DNA from: Lingula anatina | Lineage: Eukaryota; Animalia; Brachiopoda | Assembly (NCBI GenBank): GCA_051362555.1 | Contig: CM120643.1 | Span: 5,828,001 to 5,892,000, forward strand | Direction of reading: 5' to 3' | DNA length: 64,000 nucleotides | Shown here: in pieces, positions 37,768 to 51,490 of the stretch | Position numbering within the stretch: position 1 is the stretch's first letter | Layout of the letters: each line of letters begins with the position of its first letter | Made by a program: the position numbers and the translations under genes | The notes under the pieces: generated by a model | What the model saw: only the letters and a program-made list of their open reading frames with translations | What the model was told of the DNA's origin: nothing | Databases searched by the model: none

Positions 37768-39034
37768 TGACTTGATATCTGTAAGATTCTGCAGGGAGAA
37801 ATGGGAGACATGACCTAGTTTTTTACCTCTCAAAAAGTTTGCAATATACTTTGTCTTTCAGTGGTCCCCGATTCTTTAATATTACCAATGTTATCACTTT
37901 GAACCGCATAAAACACTTTTGGAAGTAAAAGAATCATATTAGAAACTATCACTACACTTTCTTTTTATCATTTTATTTTTATTCATCTTAGTATTGCCAC
38001 TGACATATCTACTAGTGCCTCAATTTAGGACTCATTCCCAATGACACTATTGGTCTATGTAAATCGATCCAACTCCACAGGGACTCTTGCTGAATGCAAT
38101 TGGATTGGCTCGCCTCCTTTTGTTTATAACATGCTTATTTTCCATTTTCTACTCAAAGCTAGGGGGTGGTGTGCTAATCTCTTAATCTGATTACATTCAG
38201 CAAGAGTCCCCCTGAATTGATCTACCTAGACAGATAAAGCACTGAATGCACTCTTTATTTTTATTGGGACTGAGTTCTTAGACCTAAATATTCTTACACA
38301 GTCATATAAATAAAACAACAACAACAAATAATAATAATAATATTTAATATTTATTTATAATTAAAAGTTGGTTGGTACATTTATAATGTTGAAATGATAA
38401 TTCTCAGAAAAACAAAGGTCAAATACATTTTCAAGAAGTGCATTTAAATTAAAAGTTATGAATAAAGTTGATGAAATCATATAATTACCTAAAATAATAT
38501 GAGTATGATAAATACTGACAAAAACTGCATTGTAGACTTTCAATTTAATTTTCATAGACATAAAAACTGTATTCATAAACATTTGCACAGTACTTTTTAC
38601 TTACATTTTTGCATTAAAAATTCCCCATGTAAATTTATATGTACTTTCTAATATTTCATAAGGAAATAAAAGCCCGAAATTTACTGCAAAGAGACTGTAG
38701 TTTGCTGCTTTTAAAATGTTCTCTCTCATCACTGTATATCATGTCCACAGTGTGTTCAGTGACTTCTATATAAGACTACAGACACATATACAACTATGAT
38801 CTACACTGCACTGATGAATAAAATAGTCACATCATATTACCTGGTTGGGGTTATGTATGTAAATGAAATATCTTCAATATGACAGTAAGAGTAAAAGTAA
38901 CTCTCAAGTGGTGAAAAACTGGAAAATTTTTATTTACCAAGTATCCTTCATCAGTTTTGTATACATACCTGTTGTAAGCATAAGTTTTACCCCCTACCCA
39001 GGTTCTGTATGATATTATTTGTCAATGAGCACAT

Positions 39035-39215
39035 TTAGAACAGCAGACAAACAGATCTGCGGATCAAATATGGCGACCCACTAAATGCTAATGCTTATTG
39101 CTTAATCCCCATGGGAAATCTATTTTGTGTCTTATCAGGAATTTTAATTGTAAGTGACAAGCTTTTTAGAAGGTTGCCATATTTGATCAGGAGATCTGTT
39201 AGTCCACTGTTCTGA
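39035..39215. mobile_element. Palindromic MITE
   Basis: AGAACAG..GACAAACAGATCT..GATCAAATATGGC is matched by the inverted GCCATATTTGATC..AGATCTGTTAGTCC..CTGTTCT. Confidence 0.6.
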
Positions 39216-39861
39216 AGCAGCCAATGAAGCATGAGAGAGAAAATATAACAACATTGAACAGCTATAGGAGTTTGAAATTTTCATAGCATTTAATTTCTCT
39301 TTCTCCCCTCGCTTTATCTATGCCTCTCTACAACTTCAACCCAGTTTCTCTTAAATAAAATTCTGCACTAATGAGCTAAATAAAATAAATAAACACTATT
39401 TGATTACAAACAGCTCCAGAATTACCAGGTGGGAATTTACTAGGTACCAGTACTTATAACAGGAATTAACAATTTGATGATTTAGTCATCATTCTGACTT
39501 GCTTTATCCACTTTTAGTTTATTAGCACTACATGTACTTTAGGCAATCTAGCTCAATAAATAACTGAACATTTAAGATAAGAAAATATCTTGTCTTTTGA
39601 TTCAATTTCATTAAAAAAATTAACAAAAAATTACAAAGTAAGCAACAAAATCAATAATAACTACTCATCTTTTTATAAAGATTACATAGAATGAGATCAC
39701 AACAGTAGTGTACATACATGTACTAGTATAAAGCTTCAGTATACTTACAGTTACTGCAAAAAGTTATTTTAAAGAAATAATAATAAAATGATTTTCTCCA
39801 TATTACATTTACAAAATTGCTGCAGACATCTTTTATACTTAATTATCCTAGGAAGAGATGA

Positions 39862-39994
39862 GATGAGCTCTAACATAAGACTAGACAGCAAAGCTGGCAA
39901 AATATACAGACACAGAACACAAAACCATAAGATGAGCACTAACATAAGACTAGACAGCAAAGCTGGCAAAATATACAGACACAGAACACAAAAC
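39862..39994. repeat. 69-bp tandem duplication
   Basis: GATGAGC.CTAACATAAGACTAGACAGCAAAGCTGGCAAAATATACAGACACAGAACACAAAAC occurs twice. Confidence 0.9.
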
Positions 39995-40304
39995 ATGTTG
40001 CAACAAAGAAGTTTAATAGATTTTTTTCTGTGACAGCTAGGACTGAATATATATACAAATATGGGTCAAGGCCTATGGGTTTGCAAATTCACCAGTTTTA
40101 CCATTAGTTATATAATAGCTTGTTTCAATACATATAAAAACTGTACATATTAAGTATCTGTAAAAATAATCAAATCCTGCTAATTTTTAATTCAAGCAGC
40201 CTTTTACTAAACAAAGCCTCTCTGCAAATTTGATTTAAAACAAAAACGTGGTTTGGTATTTAAGGTAAGACAGTCACCAAAATACATGCAAAAATAAAAT
40301 AAAA

Positions 40305-40352
<48 letters not shown>

Positions 40353-40761
40353 GTGTTTTTAATTTTTTTACTCTGTCAAAGTGGCCCAAGTGGCCCAAGT
40401 GGGCCTGATGTCAGGGAGGAAAAAGAAATGGTTGGAGCCTGGTTCACAAACCTTGACTGCATTGAGACAAATCATCTCCAACAAAAGATTTCAGAAGGAC
40501 ATTATGTCAGAAACAAGTATTTTCCCCAAATAAAGGTAGGGAGATGATATTGTAACGATACCCCCTCTGTTTGGTTTAAGATCCCCTTATTCCTTATGGC
40601 CTATACTGCAGCTCACGACACAACAGCACCAGCGAAACCTCAAATCTAATGATGTTAGGTCAAGAAATTGATTTACTGGTACACGCAATGATTGAGGAAC
40701 CCCCTGGTTCACCTGCTTTACAAACTGATTATGCTTTGCAATTGCGTGAAAACTTGAGTAT

Positions 40762-43700
40762 CCCTTAGCAAAATGAAAAGTGTGCAGCGCATGTGCTGCA
40801 AATGTACAGCACATGTGCAGCACACTCTTGAGTGTGCAGTAGACAGCTTTGGGGAGTGTGCAGATAGTGTGCAGAAAGTATGCAAAAGACTTGGTATTTC
40901 AATAGAAGCATGCGGAGAGTGTGCGATAACCTTAAAATTTGATCAAGAGTATGCAACAAGTGTGCAGAAAATGTAATTTTTCTGTCATGAGTGTGCAGAA
41001 AATGTGCAAGACACTTGATTTTTCAACAGATGTGTGCAGAAAGCATGCAATAAACTTACAATTTCATCAGGAGTGTGCAACAAGTGTACAGGAAACTTAG
41101 AAATTTTAAGTTGTGTGAGTTGAGTGTACAGCAAGCTTTCAATTTTATCGGAGTATGCTATTTTAGAGTAAAAACCTTATCATTTGATTATTTAATATAA
41201 TGATACCAATTATTTAATATGTCCAACAAAAAAATCAATAACATTATGCAAAGCTAGTTATAAATTATTTTGTTCAAACAAACTATGGTGTTTACCTCAC
41301 TCAAAGTATGAGAATAAGTCAAGGGCAATATAAGTTTAACAACATCTAATAGAAAAATGCCTAATCAACTATTTAAACTCATTCATTAAATCACAACTTT
41401 TGTAATGCCATGCCCGCCATTAAAAAAGATTATTATCAGGATGTATAAAAAACAGTCATGAAATCTAGGGTTGGTAAATTAACATTGGCTCCTACTAGTA
41501 TAATCTTGACTTTGCTAGTTGATTTTCACAAAAAGATAAAAACATAGTATATTAATGTATTTTTACTGTTTTAATGATGATATTCACTAACTTCATATTT
41601 CTTCTATTATACTGAAAGTCAACCTTATCTAGTCAGATTTTAATCTTGCTCATAGTCAGATTTTACTTGACCTTGGCTGTTATAAAAAGTGGAATTTCAA
41701 TCCTGCCTAATATAATGTAATGTAATGTAAAAGTAAGTGAACATAAATACTGTCCCACATAAATGGTGGGGAACGAGGACAAATTAATATTTTTAAAGAT
41801 ACATTTTATTATAAATCATGCTCAATCACACTTTAAGCCTAGGGTTTAACAGTCAACTGATGTTAAAGAATGCCCTACTGCACCAACCACAGATTCAACA
41901 AGTGTGAATTTCTTTTGTTAGCTAGCCTGGCACCTATTATTAGGTCACTATTCCTGTAGCTATTGTTACACCAATTACAGTACCCACCTATTTGATGTTA
42001 TCAGATGTGTGGTATCCTGTCTAAGTCAAGGATACAGAATGCAGTTAAATGCAGTTGATTCTAAAAAAAAAATCAAAACATTTACATTTCATTTCATTTT
42101 TGGTTTGTGGTTTATTAAATATTATCTATATAATTTAATCTGTCCTTACTGTGTTACTTGAACAAATGGATATTTGTTGAATAATTGTTTATTTTAGGTG
42201 ATCCTAAAGAGTAGACAACATACAGAACCTGGCATGACAAGACTGGAAGGGAGACTTTGCTGTGAATATCTTTAGTTGGTGGCTAATCGAAACTCTCACA
42301 AAGTGTACCAAAAAGTCAAGTACCTTTGTGATAAAGAAGTTACGGTAAAGTCTTGAAAATTTCGTCGTTCTTGAAAATTTCGTCGACAGACGATTTTCCG
42401 CCGAGGTAATTTTTTTCCCTTTGAAAACTTCGTCGACCTTGAAAATGAGGTACTCAATAATTTTTGAAAAGTTCGTCACCAAATATGGCCGCGTTGTCCA
42501 GCTCAAATATGAAGGTAATGCGTCAGTTGATTTAAGACAATGATACGATCAGGATCTCATTGACGATAACACTCTCAATGGGAGATAGGAACAATAGTGC
42601 GCCCCTGCGAGCGGTTGCTCACAATATAGGTGGTTAACATGTGAATTCCCGTTCTTAATTGCGGGAACGTCGGCCTTTGTCTAAATAGTTTCATTACTAT
42701 TACCTGGCTCAAGGTGCGTTATCAAGCCGGCAAATACAGTAGAAGTCACAGGCCGCGGCTTTGTCATTTGTAACGCCGTTATTGTTATCGGCGGCTGTCC
42801 TAAATGAGGAAGACACAATGAAAAAATCAAGATATTATCTCGAAGGGACATGTACCCGTCACTTCTATTCATGTCCATGTTCAATCTAGGACCATTTAAC
42901 GATTGCCTGCCTCGTACATGGAGATCGTTCGCAATGCGAATGGGACAAGATGGCAATTTTCATATCTTCAGCGGAGAATCTTGCGCGTAATATCGTCAAG
43001 AGATCGTTCGCAATCCAAACGAGACGAGAAGATAATTTTCTTATTTGTAACGGACTCTGTTCACGTAAGATCATCAGCGGGAGATCGTTTGCGATTCGAG
43101 AGAGACGAAAAGGCAATCTTCATATCTTCACTGGGAGATCGTCCGCGATGTAAGCGAGAATAAAATGCACTTTTCATATTAGTTCAATCTAAGATCTAAT
43201 GGTATATTAGATCTTAGGTTCAATGGAACTTCGTTCGTGGAAGATCGTCAGCAGATCATTATTTTAACCCCCCTCCCCCTTTGAATTTTGTAAATAACAT
43301 ATTTTTCATTTTATCTTCAACCCCCCTGCTCCCGCTCACGGCATACTCAGTATCTTCAGCGGAGAATCGTCCGCGTAAGATCGTCAGAGGGAGATCGCTC
43401 GCGATCCGAGCGAGACGAAAAGGCAATTTTCATGTCATCATCGGGAGATCGTTCGCGATATAAGCAAGAATGAAATGCAATTTTCAAAATAGTTCAAGGA
43501 ACTTAGTTTGCAAAAGATCGTCAGCGGGAGACCAGTATTCTAACCCTCCCCCTTTGAATTTTATAAATAATATATATTTTTCATTTTATCTTTAACCCCC
43601 CCTTCCCCGCTCACGGCATATCTTCGGCGGATAATTGTTCGCGTAAGATCATCAGCGCGAGATCCTTTGCGATGTATGCAAGAATGAAATGCAATTTTTA

Positions 43701-46097
43701 TATTAGTTCAATGGATTTAGGGAACTTCGTTCGCGGAAGATCGTCAGCGGAAAATCATTATTGATCTCCTCCCCCCCCCCCCACACACACACACACATAC
43801 ACACACTCACACACACACAGTGACACACACTTGGGATTTAAAAAATTCATTTTCATTTTATCTTTAATCAGCCCGCCCTCCCTCGCTCACGGTATATCTT
43901 GGGCGGAGAATCGTTCGCGTAATATCCTCAGGACTTTGTTCGCGGATCCTAGCTTGACGTAAAGGCAATTTTCATATCATCGTCGGGAGATTGTTCGTGA
44001 TGTAAGCAATAATAAAATGCAGTTTTCATATTAGTTCAAGGAACTTAGTTTGCAAAAGACCGTCAGTGGGAGATCATAATTCTAACCCTCCCCCGTTGAA
44101 TATTATAAATAATATATATTTTTAAGTTTATTTTTAACCCACCTTCCCCGCTCACGATATACATGTATCGGCGAAGAATCGTTTGCGTAATATCGCCAGG
44201 ACTTTGTTCGCGTAAGATCATCAGAGGGAGATCGTTCGCAATCCGAGCGAGACGAAAAGGCAATTTTCTTATCATCATCGGGAGATCGTTCGCGATGTAA
44301 GCAATAATAAAATGCAGTTTTCATTATAATTCAAGGAACTTAAATTGCGGAAGATCGTCAGCGGGAGCAATTATTTTAACTCCCTGTAAATTTTTAGGAA
44401 GTTACAGATGGTAATTTTAGAAGGCCTGACACTCAATCCTGGGAAAAGCCCTGCATGCAACAAACGTTGCCAAGTGCGTATTTTTTTTAAATATGTCGCG
44501 TCCAGGTTATGATGCAAGGAGGCAATTAGGCTTATCTTGATCCTTCTCCTCTATCAGAAGGTATATTTCTTACCGAGAAGATATTTTCTGGTATAGTAAG
44601 TTAAACTTAATCGAGATGCAGTAATAAATAGATTATTATTTACCACCAAAAAACGACTTAGGAAGTAGTAATAAATATCCCACAATATAGGAGGGTCAAA
44701 GATAACAGACGCTAAGGATAAAAGCCAAAAGGCCGGATTTTTGAAAATTTCGTCATACCCAGGAGTCGGGGAGAGGTAATTTTGAAAAATTAGTCGGATT
44801 TACACAATTAAAAATATTAATTAATTTTTAAGCGACGAAATTTTCAAGACTTTACCGTACTAGAGAGTTGTTTCAGCCCACAAGAAATATCAGCAACAGT
44901 TTCTTTTGTGAAGGATTCTCTAGTTGAAAGAGCTGTGCAGAGTAAGTTTTAAAATAGAGCATCACTAACTGCAAGTTGATTATATCATTCAACAATTCTG
45001 TAAATTTTGTTATTATTTTCAAGTATATGTTGAAAATAAGTGAAAAAGTGAATGCAGCCATAAACCCTAAGATTTCACGTAGATGTGTAAGGAATGTATA
45101 TAAACTATTCTTCAAAGCAGTTTTAGCACTTTGTTTTTTTTTTTTTAATATCCAAGACATTTTTTCTGGCTAGCTTTCTACCTTTTCTTATATGAACAAT
45201 AAACACTTGAACTTGATTTTAGGACTTATCAAACAGTAATGTGTATTTTGAAATGATTTTGTCCTCCACGTGGATGTTTAGCTTTGTGAAGTGTGGTGAA
45301 TTTATAGGACTTTATGGTGTACTCTTTTGTTAGATGGATGGAGCAGGACAGGATGAGTAAACAAGAGACATGTGGCAGAAAGATGTAAAGACGAGAAATA
45401 TGGACATGGCTTGGATTTTGCTGATTTTGTTTAACTTTTTAATTTGATTAATAAAGCACAATATATGACTGTAATTTCTTGTTTGTTGTTGATAAACAGA
45501 TTTAACAATATTTCTGTTCAGTGACAGTACAGTTTCCAAAGGATAATTTCGACTTTTCTAACGTGCTTAACAAAATTTTAAGATGTTGGCACATGTCTTC
45601 AAATGTAACTCAAAACCTGTCTTTGTAGAATCAATATCAACTGATTGAAAAACAAGCGAGTAAAATTTAAATTGTGTTATAAAATATTTAAATTAGTGTG
45701 CAGGAAATGTGCAAAAAGGTATGCAAAAAGTGCGCAGGAAGTATGCAAAAAGTATGCAGGAGGTGTGCAAGAAGTACGCAGGAGGTGTGCAAGAAGTACG
45801 CAGGATGTGTGCAAAAAGTATGCAGAAGGTGTGCAAGAATTATGCAGGGGATGTGCAAAAAGTATGCAGAAGGTGTGCAAAAAGTACGCAGAAGGTGTGC
45901 CAGAAGTATGCAGGAGGTATGCAAGAAGTGTGCTGGTTCTGGTGTTGGGGGTGTGCAGGAGATGTGCAAGGAGTATGCAGGAGGTGCGTATTTTACCATG
46001 CAAATGAGGCGTGCTGCGCATGCGCAGAAACCCTTACTGTGAATGTGCTGCGCATATGCAGAAACAGTGTGCGGGAAGCTTAAAATTTTGCTAAGGG
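40762..46097. mobile_element. Non-autonomous CMC/EnSpm-like element with subterminal repeats
   Basis: 13-bp TIR CCCTTAGCAAAAT / ATTTTGCTAAGGG. Arrays of GTGTGCA/GTATGCA-type 11/22-bp subrepeats near both ends (40779-41160, 45695-46075). TSD not evident. Confidence 0.75.
42343..44857. mobile_element. Non-autonomous Tc1/mariner-type element (TA TSD) nested in the EnSpm-like element
   Basis: Perfect TIR CGGTAAAGTCTTGAAAATTTCGTCG / CGACGAAATTTTCAAGACTTTACCG flanked by TA. Internal CpG-rich degenerate tandem repeats at 42920-44370 (GGAGATCGTTCGCGAT motif). Confidence 0.85.
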
Positions 46098-46501
46098 GGG
46101 GGGAAGATGAAGATGTTGCTGATGAAAATGTTGAGCACTGTCTACCTTTTAAAGTATTGGGGGTTGCCCATTTTCAGTATAGACAAACTTTATTGAAAAA
46201 CATACATAACCAAATGAACAAAAAGCTTATTGAAACTGTATCAACAAGACTCATGTTGGATAATGATTATTCTATTGGAAGCAAGGCAGTCCAGATTTCA
46301 CACGAAGGAGAGTGGATTACAATTGGTCATTTACCACAGGAATTATGGCAGTATGTTAATTTAGATTTAGTAACTGGTTGCAGAATTGACAAGATTTCCT
46401 TTAGGTTGTGGAAAGTACCAGGTTTTTATGTTAAGTTATTTGTTACTAAAAAAGGAGCTTGGCCTATCCAAGTGATAAGAAAAAGTAAATATGTTCAATA
46501 A
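46098..46501 (+). pseudogene. HIRAN-like domain ORF, 5' part cut by the EnSpm-like insertion
   Basis: FKVLGVAHFQYRQTLL...RLMLDNDY...KAVQI...WITIGHLPQELWQYV resembles the HIRAN consensus (V.G..Y...L..EPDN.YD.NA..V...GY.P). Confidence 0.6.
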
Positions 46502-46819
46502 TAAACTGATATTTTCTTTATAGTGTTGATTCCATGCACTCCTTGCATTCAAGTAATTTTTTATGTTGCTGATACAGAATTAATATATTTAATAAGAATT
46601 TTTTTTAATCAACAAACTGTTACTTCAAGCAAATTTAAAACACGTAATGGGCTATGGACAGTAGCCTATATATACAGACAGTAATATATAATTTAATGTA
46701 TTGAACTACAAAATTAACTTTGTATAGACACATATGTTTTTATACATTAAAATAGTGTGTGGGGTTTTCCCTTTTTTTCTTAGTATATATCATTTTGTTA
46801 TTGTTATTAACTTTCATTC

Positions 46820-47450
46820 AGGCAGTTGAGCACCTGTTGGAATATGGATTGGACAAAACACAGAAGATCTGCCAGCCAGACATTTTAGAAGGCTTTAGGG
46901 CTCTCAGAAAGCTGAGTATGGATTGGACAAAACACCATAGATCTGTAGCCAGACTTTTAGAAGGCTTTAGGGCTCTCAGAAAGCTGAGTATGGATTGGAC
47001 AAAACACCATAGATCAACAAAGGGTCCATTTTTCTGCTAATCAATGTCAAAGTTTGAAGAATGATTTATCAACAAGCCTGTATTACCTGAAGACACAGAA
47101 TAAAAACTGAACCTGAAGAGTGAAGACACATACCCTGACCACTGTACCACATGGCTCCTCAGTGATCCAAAAGCAGAGTTTTCTCTGCGGAATGTTTTCA
47201 CCTTCACAACACAATATCCACACTGTGCACTCCTATAAGATACAATCCTTCAACTTATGAAATGTGGAGATGGTGATGGGTTTGTAGAACAAACATTACA
47301 GATGTCAGTAGAGAAAATATATGACTGGAAGAGACATATAATCAGGACAATTAATCAGGATCAAGCCATGCAGACCTTCTCCAAAATATAACTGCATCTG
47401 AATGTCTTGTCATCATGGACTGGGCTATGGAATTTTTGCCAAGGAAGGTT
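46820..47450 (+). mobile_element. Decayed DDE-transposase fragment with DWAM(K)FLP motif (Sola3-like, tentative)
   Basis: YLKT...PDHCTTWLLSDPK...DWKRHIIRTINQDQA...LVIMDWAMEFLPR across stops and frameshifts; includes a 69-bp tandem duplication (~46880-47014). Confidence 0.6.
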
Positions 47451-47649
47451 AAGTTGTACACAAGATAAATATCACCTAATGTTTTTTGTGTTTGATGTTC
47501 AAAGTGCAAAATTAAGAATTTGGAAGTGGTTATGGAGTAAACCTTGAAAAAAATCTTATTTGCTACTTATAAAGACTGATATGTTTTGAGAAGATTTGGA
47601 TTAAAAAAGACTTATCTGAAAAGACTGCATTATTTTTCTTTACAATGCC

Positions 47650-48028
47650 TGCTTGCAGGGAATTGTTAAACTTATTCCAAACCATGCAGAACGGAACACA
47701 GTTAAGTGTATTAAATCCACATAATTGAAACCAATTTACCTCTTACATGTTATTTCTACATAATGACATACATCATCCAGAATACCTTCAGTCTGGCAGT
47801 GAACAGAGTACTCAGGAAGGTGGGGACAATGACAGACAAGAGGGTGAAGAGGACAATGACAGACAAGAGGGTGAAGAGGACAATGACAGACAAGAGGGTG
47901 AAGAGGACAATGCCAGTATGTGGCATGCTGCCTATAGAGCATACTTATGTTGGAAGATTGGAGCAACTCACATCAAATCTGTCCCTAATTGTCCAGAGGA
48001 TATCTCATGGATTGTAAAAAGAGATTAA
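47650..48028 (+). mobile_element. Internally deleted relative of the 56141-57731 element (P2RX7/Nanor-like Cys domain remnant joined to C14orf93-like tail)
   Basis: HAAYRAYLCW motif, three 27-bp repeats (47826-47911), then KIGATHIKSVPNC, which matches 57649-57690. Confidence 0.6.
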
Positions 48029-48429
48029 ACATTTGGACTGTTTTCAGTTTACCTGACCAAATGCTGTGTAATTTCAAATAGTATAGAATTTTGGTTCATT
48101 ATTTTTGAGGTTTTATATGTAGTTTTTTGAACCTAAAAAAAAACTATTCTCTAAACGAAACAAACAATGACAAATACTGATAATAATATCCTAATTACAA
48201 CAAACAATAGTAATAACAACAATTATTATTTAAATACACTTGTATCAATTATTAACTTAATTTTGCTGCATGGATCTGCAACACTCGCCTAGCAAAAATA
48301 TGAAAAAAAAAAATGCACTCATGCTTTTAGATAGCGGGTTAACATCTACTTTTATATCATAGCACTTAGCTTTTTTTCTTTGTCTTGATACAAAAGATGA
48401 CGTCCAATGTCGGCTAAGTACTCTTGACA

Positions 48430-48745
48430 GTTCAAGGTCCATTAGATCAGCTGTTGTTTCAATTGACGTGTCTCCTTGCAGCGACGCTGCAAAGACGTAC
48501 CACTTATCGAATGTGTTAGTTGTCCCAACTATACAAGTCCGAGCAAATCAACACATCAATGTGTCAGCTTTCCCTCATCTATCAGATATTAATCTTCCTC
48601 AGATTAATACACAATCGCAAGATGATTTGATTATAGGCATGGACAATGCACATTTGATTATGCCGCTTGAAGTGCGCATTGATGAAAGTGGTGAGTGTGA
48701 TGTGTATGCAGTGCGTTCACGATTAGGGTGGTGTTTGAATGGACC
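48430..48745 (+). mobile_element. BEL/Pao LTR retrotransposon fragment (protease-adjacent region)
   Basis: FPHLSDINLP...DLIIGMDNAHLIMPLEVR...YAVRSRLGWCLNGP. Confidence 0.85.
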
Positions 48746-48817
48746 CAATGTCTATTCTTTTTCCCAAGGGAGGTTTCCCCTGTCATTGGAAACGTTTATT
48801 TATTGCTATCCCTTCCA

Positions 48818-49287
48818 TTAATTTGTGATACACCTGCCAGTCCCTTCGTGAAAAAATGTCAAGTCTTTCTCTGATTATCATGGGTGTGATAAGTGTATTC
48901 AAGCAGGCAAGTGGATGGGAAAAATGACTTTTCCTGAAACCAATGCTACATTCAGTACCGATATTTCTTTTGATAAAATAAAAAGATGAAGACCATCACA
49001 TGGGACCTACCCCTTTATCTCAGCTAAACATTGAAATGGTGTCATGCTTTCCTCTTGATTATATGCACCTTGTTTGTCTGGGGGTAGTGAAAAGGCTGTT
49101 AAATCTGTGGATGAAGGGTCCGTTATCTTGTAGACTTGGTAGTAGGGTATTGCAAGAAATATCAAGATGTTTAGTGGCCTTAAAAGACAATATACCATCA
49201 GAGTTTGCAAGAAAACCTTGATCACTCTTTGAAATTGCATATTGGAAAGCAAATGAGTTACGGCAGTTCCTTCTGTACACAGGTCCA
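48818..49287 (+). mobile_element. CMC/EnSpm-type transposase fragment
   Basis: ICDTPA..F...YHGCDKC...FPLDYMHLVCLGVVKRLL...IPSEFARKP*SL..WKANELRQFLLYTGP. Confidence 0.88.
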
Positions 49288-49354
49288 AGGAGGGGGGCAG
49301 GGGGCGGCGGCACTTAAAGAAGTTATTATGTCCATTTCACAATTTGTAGAAAAA

Positions 49355-49590
49355 TGGCCTTCATTCTGGTGGAGTTTATTGATAGAGCTGATGTAGCAAT
49401 AATATCTGAAAAGTGGATAATGGATGACAGAAAATCTGCTTTTGGGCCTCCATTCAGAAAGGAAAAGAGTCTTCTCTCTGCAATCAAATCACACCTACAG
49501 CTCATCTATGCCTCTGCAAATTAACTGGTTGGGGAAAGGGGGAAAGTTGGCTTTTTCAGAGCTGAAGCAAATCAGACATCTTGTGGCAAG
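49355..49590 (+). mobile_element. EnSpm accessory-ORF fragments (DUF4806-like)
   Basis: FILVEFIDRADVAIISEKWI and INWLGKGGKLAFSELK motifs. Confidence 0.5.
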
Positions 49591-49998
49591 TAAGTGGAAA
49601 ATAAGTGTTCAAATAAAATGTACTAGACACGACTATCCAAAACTGCACTTGGCTTCTTTTCTTAAAATTTATTAAATTGTCTATCTTTATTGAATCTAAT
49701 TTATATTATTTTTCAGGGAAAAGTGTGTTAATGATGCTTCTTATTACTCAATTTTTTATTCTATACACCTAAAAAAAACATTTTATGTTTTATTGAAATT
49801 CACTGAGTAACAGGTACCTATTTTAATAATCTACTAAAAAATGTTTATTGTACAAACTGTAAAATGTTTTAAACTTGAATGAAATTATTCTGTTTGAGAG
49901 TTAAATGCATAATTTTTATTTTAACCATATATTGCATAATACATTCACTGACATTAACACTCTATGACATTTAACTAGTTTATTGTTTCAAGTGAACC

Positions 49999-51490
49999 AT
50001 GCAGTCATGTGATAAGACATCCCTTCAGTGTTTATGTCACAAAGTAGGGATTTCTGGAAAGTTAACGTCTTTCACATCTGTAAGCTGGGATACATTTAAA
50101 AAAGCAGCTGATATATATTTGCAAAGATGCATGCTACGATGCATTCATTTGCAAGATGGGCCAATTGAAGCATATCACAGAGCTTGTTACCAAGATTACA
50201 CCAACATGGAACACCTTACAAGGCTGAAAAAGAAAAGGTCAAGAACTGATGCTGACAATTTTACATATTGCATGATGGTTGCTTCCTTGCTTTCCATTTT
50301 TTAAGCTCTATCCTTTCTTTTCTTTGTTAGCTTTTGCCTTGAAAAGGGCTCCACTAAAGTTCGTGCTGTACAACAAACTTGCATTTGCATTTATCTATTC
50401 TTTTGTTGGACTTATGTTACTCAGCATGAGCTATGTTATTTGGCTTAATTGGAAGAAGGTATTGAAACAAAATTTTGTGTTGCACTTGCATATTTGGGCA
50501 CTTTGATAATAAACTCCAACTGTGATCCATCTAAAATTTTGTTAAAAATGATGAACCACAAGAAAACATTCCAAAAGAACACTGAAGAGGATTCAACAGC
50601 TTTAAAAAGTCAACAAGATTTTAAGTAAAGAAAAACAACCTGCAAACGGGAAAAAAATGGTTATTCTGGGAGTAATGACAAAATTGACAAAACAATACTT
50701 TTACAGTTTGTACTTGAAGTCCAAACCAGTTTATTATCAATGGCAAAGGAAATCACAAATCAATCTGTTTCACCCTGTCAAATTCAATTCTGAGTTTAGA
50801 GACCCTTTTGCCTGGAATGTAATTAGTTTTCTATGTATTATTAATAATGAATTTTAGGAGTTATAGAAAGACATCACAGGTAACTTCGATTGGTACTGTG
50901 AGAAAGGAATGCTGAGAAGTATGATTTTACCTGTAATTTTCTTGATGATATTTAAGAAACTCAAACAGAATTCTCAGAGTTTACCAGAGAGTTATCCCAC
51001 AAAATAAAACAAGGTCTTTTTGGTTAAATTTTTGTTCACAGAAATTGCTTTTAATACATTTCTTTATATCTTCCTGTGAGAGCAGGTGACTGGAATCTAA
51101 GAAATTTTTGTTTGAATATTACTTCCGTCTTGCATAATGAAGAATGATTTGGAAAAAGCAAGGTACCATTTTATAAAATTTAATATAGGCCTAGACAAAC
51201 TATGGGGAGAAGTCTAGATCTGGGACTTCCGGATAGTGGAGAGTGGAGGGAGGACGCATCTCTGGGGTTGTCTAACATTTGGATGTTATTTGTGACAATA
51301 TATGTACCAATGCAAGACATTATGCCCTGCATCTAGGACATGATGGTATGTTAAACCAGAGCAAGCTGTAATATATGTCAAAATTAATGCTCAGTGGACA
51401 AATATTGTACCTTTAATGCACATTGTTTATTGCATTTTATCTCAAAAAGTCAAAGATTTGGGGCCACTGGCCACACAGTTGTTTCTTTTA
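49999..51490 (+). mobile_element. Academ-like transposase remnants
   Basis: YHRACYQDYTN motif (~50173), LYLPVRAGDWNLRNFCL (~51063) and a Cys-rich remnant near 51300. Confidence 0.45.

Noticed and set aside
45645-46083. Cys/Lys-rich metallothionein-like ORFs
   Set aside because: Open in several frames on both strands because they are 11/22-bp subterminal transposon repeats.
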